Shown here one piece after another: positions 58,701 to 64,000 of a stretch of DNA of 64,000 nt. Source of the stretch: Tubiluchus corallicola (lineage: Eukaryota > Animalia > Priapulida). The stretch covers positions 132,621 through 196,620 of the forward strand of contig JAQGDQ010000288.1 in assembly GCA_030141605.1 (NCBI GenBank), given 5' to 3'. Within the stretch, counting starts at the first letter, position 1, and each line of letters begins with the position of its first letter. A program made the position numbers and the translations under genes. The notes beneath the pieces were generated by a model. It ran no database searches and was not told the DNA's origin. It saw only the letters and a program-made list of their open reading frames with translations.

Positions 58701-61700
58701 TTGGGTGATGTAGAAAAAACATGCCGAAGTTTAGACAAAGTTAAAATTTTGCAGCCGATATTACGATGCATTTGTTTTTTGTTTACATGTTTAAAGTTTT
58801 AGTGGTTCTTAAATTACAGCGAAAATGTTTTTGCACATTTAAAATTTAAATGCCCAAACAATGTCAACTAATCATCATGTTGAGGTATAAAGCACATAAT
58901 ACACATCAGCAAAACAATGGCGAAATCAAATCGACCAGGTTACATTACGGTCTTCACCACAAAAGATTAAGCACTGATAAAAACTTGTCATCAATAAAAA
59001 TGCAACTTAATCATCTGGACTAAGGTAACTGGAATACATTGAAGAGAAACTATAGGAAGGCCACACAGAGCCATTTGAATCGGAGGAACTAAAGGTAAAA
59101 ATTGCTGAGTGGTGAGGAACAAATACTGTGTCAGTGTGTCAGTTGTTGAAAGAAACAATTCCGTTTAGTTTGTATTGATAATGATGGACATGTAGAGGAA
59201 CTGCTGCAAATTTTAACAATAGTGATAGACAATCTTTTCCGGCATTGATTTTTTTGAACTTTTATCTTGAAACTTCTGTATCTGTGGAAAATATGTTCGG
59301 AAATGAAATAAAATTTTCGGTGTTTATACTATAGCGCCTAGGTAACATCAATATGGTAATTTCCAAACGGTTCCATTATTTCTTTCTGATTTCGAAATTT
59401 TTCTAGTATTTATCCAGTTTACCTTTTCTTTTCTCCTATATGTCAAAATCATTGGAAAATCTAGTTCAAGTAAAGAGAAAATTTCGCTTACATAACAGTT
59501 TGTCACATGCTTTACCAGCAATGCGAAATATCTTCAGTGCTAATGACTATAAACTTTAGGGTCTCCAGGCCCAATCAACCGAAATATCAAGCCACGTTTG
59601 AATTTATTTGAGCAAAATCGCATTTAATTTAATAATTCATGAAATATAGGGAAAACATCACAAAATAAAATTTCTTATTTTTAATGAAGCATTATGATCT
59701 TTAAACAATAATCATTAAGGATACTTGAATCCAAAACCATGTAACATATTCATTTTCCTTAGGTAAGCCACACCATCAAACTTGAGGTTCTATACTATAA
59801 AGCCTCCTTGTGTTTTGCATTGGAATTTTTATCAGTAATTTTGCATCACAGCTAATAAAAGCAAGCAAACAAAAAAACAAAATATTTTACTAAATTATTT
59901 TAAAATATTCTTTTTTCAGTTTAATAATAGTCGGTTTTGCAAAAATGTTTCGGTTTGGTTTCATTTCGATATCGGTTTCCCATGTTTAATAAATTTCAGT
60001 TTTGGTTTATAAATTCAGTTTCAATAACATCTATGACCACATGATATATCTTCCTATGGAAAGCAATACTGGGTGCTGTTTCGACTAGTATGAATACCAT
60101 ACCCATGCTTAGCCAGTCTCAAAGTGTAAAAAAATGTGATGCTTTTTTCATAGACTTCATAGAACAGAATAGAATAGAGATTAGCCAAAATGATGCAGAT
60201 GTTCAATCTTAGTGAAAATCTTCATTAGAAACAGAAATACACTTACTGAGAAGACCGGCTGTTCAAGAACTCGTCTCTATTTTTCTTAATCGTAACAGGA
60301 TCCCGTACTTCAGGACACTGGTTGAGAGGATGCCCTTCGTTCCCGCAGTTAAAACACGACATGGCTTTTCTGCAAAAATGATATGAAAAATTTTGTAATG
60401 CAATTGAGTGTTCCAATTTCTCTAAGTTGGTTACTTTTTTCAAAAGCGAGCAGAAGAAATTAGTTAGCAATATCATTAAGCATGTTCTATCATGTAATGC
60501 AAGCATGATAGCCAACAGGCAGCCATTTAGCATGAATGTCGTTTTTGTGGAACAAATGTTTTACTAAGTGTCTTGCTGATAATTTGGTTATAAGCAAAAC
60601 AAGTCAAGAGAAGTACAGTTTGTCCTCTTTCCAGTCCTAAGTGAGTGTGCCATATCGTTAAATTCAAATTAAAAATCATTTTAAACCGCTGTAAAACATA
60701 AATTCTTTATTTAAATATCTGTTTGGCTATCAGTCTTTGTTTCTTGATAACATCAAGGAAACTGTCCAGAAATAAGAACTGGTCAAAAACAATAAATTTC
60801 ACTTCAGTTTACATGGAATTTAAAGCAATTGCATCTTGTAGCATTTGGGTCACAATCAAGAAAAATTGCATGGAAGTACCTCGGCCAGGTAAAAATGGCA
60901 TTTACTTTTATTGGAAATATGCAGATAAAACAAAAAAATACTGTGAACGCAGACCTGCTAGGCTTTGGGTTTTCTTTAACAACGAGCATCTCATCTTCTT
61001 CGTCACAAACTGGCAAGACGATGTCAAACAGTCGATCATGTCTGCGAGTAAACGCTCAAGAAATAACTTTTGACAAGAACGGTAAATAAAATGAACTAAA
61101 ATGACTACAAAAAAATCGCTGCTCAAGGATACTCAGGAAATTCGGTAGGTGTGTAATGTCCCATGACATCAACGAAAAACTGCCTGAATAGCTGCAGTGA
61201 ACCCAGAACCTAGAAATAATGTTGAAATGGTTACACTTGCATGTATTCACATGTCTATTAAACTAATGAGACATGTTATTCATTTACTTTTAGTCAACAT
61301 AGAATTACTTATACGACAAGATCCCTCCAACAATCAGTGCTTAAAGTGTGTTGGATCTGTTAAGGTCACAGGCCAAGGAATCTAAAATTACAGACCCTGC
61401 ACCTAAAGCAAAAATAATATCTTGCGGAGTCACACATTTAGTTTTCTCATCATTTAATTAGCTATAAGCCTATCCATAATGCATGTTAGCCTTTCAGTCA
61501 GTAAAATTGAACTGTAGACGATAACGATGGACACAAATAAGTAAGCAAGCAATTTATTGTCATTATAGCACACAATGCACACAATGAAATTTATGTGGTT
61601 TTACGTACTGCAATAACTTATTGAAACAACAAGGAGATTAACACAAATAATTCAATTAATTGTACAGTGACATAGAGAATTAATATTTGAGATTTACTGA

Positions 61701-63845
61701 AATTTACTGTTGATGGTGCAAACTGCAATGGGATAGAAAGAATTTAAAGTGCTTGTGGTTTTACCATTAATTACCACCAGAGCAGTACCTACCACCAGAG
61801 GGGAGCATTCAAAGTATTTACTTACTTATTTAAACTAAAAATAATAAAAACAGAAATAAAATAATAATAAGAAGAACCAAAGTAATGCAATCATATAATG
61901 GACAATGTTCATGAGAAATTCAAATAGTTTATTATACTGTGTTGCAGATATCCCTTCATGATAACTGGCTGCAACTGAACAGGAAAAAAGAAAAACGTTT
62001 GTTAAGAAGTTGCGCACAAGAAGAATTATTTAACTCATTTTACTGTAACATATTTTGCTTTAGACTTAAAAAGTTAAGTGCAACACAGGTGCACTATGAC
62101 ACAACAAATTTAGCTGTAATCAGTTGGCATGATAATCTTTGGCAGAAGTGTGTTAACGTGTACATTGGAGCTAGGGTACCTTGCTGTACTTTGTCTGCTC
62201 AGTGAATCCTCATGGTTAAATGATTTAAACAGGCTAAGACTTATACTCTACAAATCTTGAGCCATTAGAAGTTTGTGGCAAGCAATAATATAACATGAAA
62301 CATTGTATTCAACATGTACATAATAATGTAACATTTGAGCAGGCTGGCCTAATAACAAAAATGCAATCTCTCATTTTTGACAAAAAAACAAACGTAAACC
62401 ATACAGGCCAAATTATAATAATCAACTATTTCTTAATTTGTAAAACAAATAGTCATATGGTTTGATAGTCTAAATTCAATTGTTCCTAATTTTCCTAAAC
62501 TAATAAATTTACTTTAGTTTAATGTGATTCCATTTTTTATGTTTCATGCAATATTGAAGGAAACAAGGACTATATTTTGGACAACAGCTTGTTTTGAAAA
62601 ACAGTCTAAAATAAACATTCTATTACTTATAATAACTGCAAAAGTGAATCTTATATTTAAGTATCGGTCTAGAAACATAACAGTCAGCCAACGTAGTTTA
62701 TGATGACATCGCTGTTGGGAGTAATTTTACATTTGCTGAAATGTTTTATGCATATATCACATGTTTGTAATAGAAAAAAACTGCAGTATAGTGGTGCTAT
62801 ATTACGTTAATAGTGCAACACAAAAATCAACAAATTCACAATTTCAAATTTATCATTAAATTATCAAATGATTTCATGAGCCTACTGTGACAATAAGACT
62901 GCGTGTGCAAGACACATGTCGTGATTCGCAAAAGCTATCATCAAAGCAGGAATGACCATGAGTGAATAACACTAAAACAACAAACATTAATTAAGGTTAG
63001 ACTTCTGAGGTAATAATACTCAATGTAAATTAGCTTTAGAAGAAATCATTTTCAACTATCGTCTAAAATTTATTACTATTTTCCTTTAATTTTAGTTTAA
63101 TTTATTTACCGCACTCATTTGGTGGCACCGTCCCTTCTTGAACCGCTGGCAAGCATAAACAACTTTACTCTGCAAAACAAAAACAGTGAAATCAATCTAT
63201 GTGGAAAATTTACATGATTTTACATGTTAAATGCACGTGCACTTAGCTTACTTATTACACGGAAGGGCAGCACTCATAATTATAACTCTTTACATGCAAA
63301 TAAATGTAGGGACATTCGCACATGACATATAATTCAAAGATAGTTAAACTACTAAAGTAAACACATCTATCAACAACTATGATAGATCCATAAATGATGA
63401 CGTTTATAAAAACATAAGTTTGTTGTGAAAATTGATTTAGCATGCCAGCAATCTTGTACTTACACCAAATATGAGAACTCTTAGGATGCTTTTAATGTAT
63501 TCAATTAGTCAGCCAATGCTGGTAAACCTAGAATGCCCCACAGTACAAAAGATGGCATGAGCTCACATAGTTTGCACTTGTTAGTCGCATAACGTTAACA
63601 TTACTATAAACGTTAAGTATTTAATTTTGAAGGCATACTTTCAAGAGTATAAAACATGTTTAGAATGTTTAGAATATATAAGCATTGCTTATGGATAACA
63701 CGTATGGCCAACAAAATGATCAATTATTGTATGCTGACAAAAAAACAATACCTGAGAAGCTGTGACAGGAATACAGGGAGATACCGTCGTAGTGTCTCGT
63801 CTCATCAACTCACCTAATGCCATTTCAATCTCTCCTCGATATTGG
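55732..63845 (-). CDS. ZCCHC8: Zinc finger CCHC protein 8 (NEXT exosome-targeting scaffold), 5'-incomplete. Exons (minus strand) 63845-63752, [63169-63110 tentative], 61209-61133, 61041-60955, 60369-60247, 58580-58348, 57825-57617, 56895-56787, 56649-56184, 55867-55732
   Basis: Zinc knuckle CFNCGNEGHPLNQC; PSP domain KPGVISQQLREALGV..QLPPYIYNMRRLGFPPGWL; YPGFNVPIP..DEWR.YGSVPM; basic NLS-like KKRPLKRKR; Pro-rich tract; C-terminal LPDAGKWAEGINEHLPHENLPGATGTF, resembling the MTR4-binding tail. Junctions are in frame; the exons between 61209 and 63752 are not fully resolved. Confidence 0.92.
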
Positions 63846-64000
63846 CTATAAAGTAAAGCTAATTTACTGTAGGGCAAAATTATAGGAGTTGCAAAATTAT
63901 AACTGAACATAAGTCCAAACGGACCAACTTTTCATTCTTACACTGCTATTTTAATTTATTCCTGTTCAACATTCTCCAGTTAACTACGTGCGCAGCAAAG

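Overview
AT-rich eukaryotic (animal, most likely invertebrate) genomic DNA with spliceosomal introns; there is no sign of prokaryotic operons, CRISPR arrays or phage. Genes from left to right: (1) the 3' ~1385 codons (16 exons) of a large single-pass membrane protein with three tandem LRR modules, Thr-rich linkers, one FN3 domain, a TM helix and an acidic tail ending in a PDZ-type motif; (2) a 7-exon membrane-anchored alpha-carbonic anhydrase; (3) an MFSD5/MOT2-type MFS transporter; (4) a decayed LINE ORF1; (5) SMIM14, 4 coding exons, largely missed by the ORF track; (6) three class A GPCRs with intronless coding regions, two of them convergent paralogues; (7) ZCCHC8 (NEXT complex) on the minus strand, running off the right edge. 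Non-coding DNA holds hAT-type MITEs with 8-bp TSDs, tRNA-derived elements, RTE-like LINE 3' fragments, tandem duplications and long microsatellites. The most notable observations are the triplicated-LRR/FN3 receptor architecture, a carbonic anhydrase with Arg at the His64 position and a KxKxx ER-retrieval tail, a palindromic element with two back-to-back tRNA-like heads, a U12-type intron in ZCCHC8 and a GC-AG intron. All exon models were assembled by eye from splice signals and frame continuity; no database searches were run.
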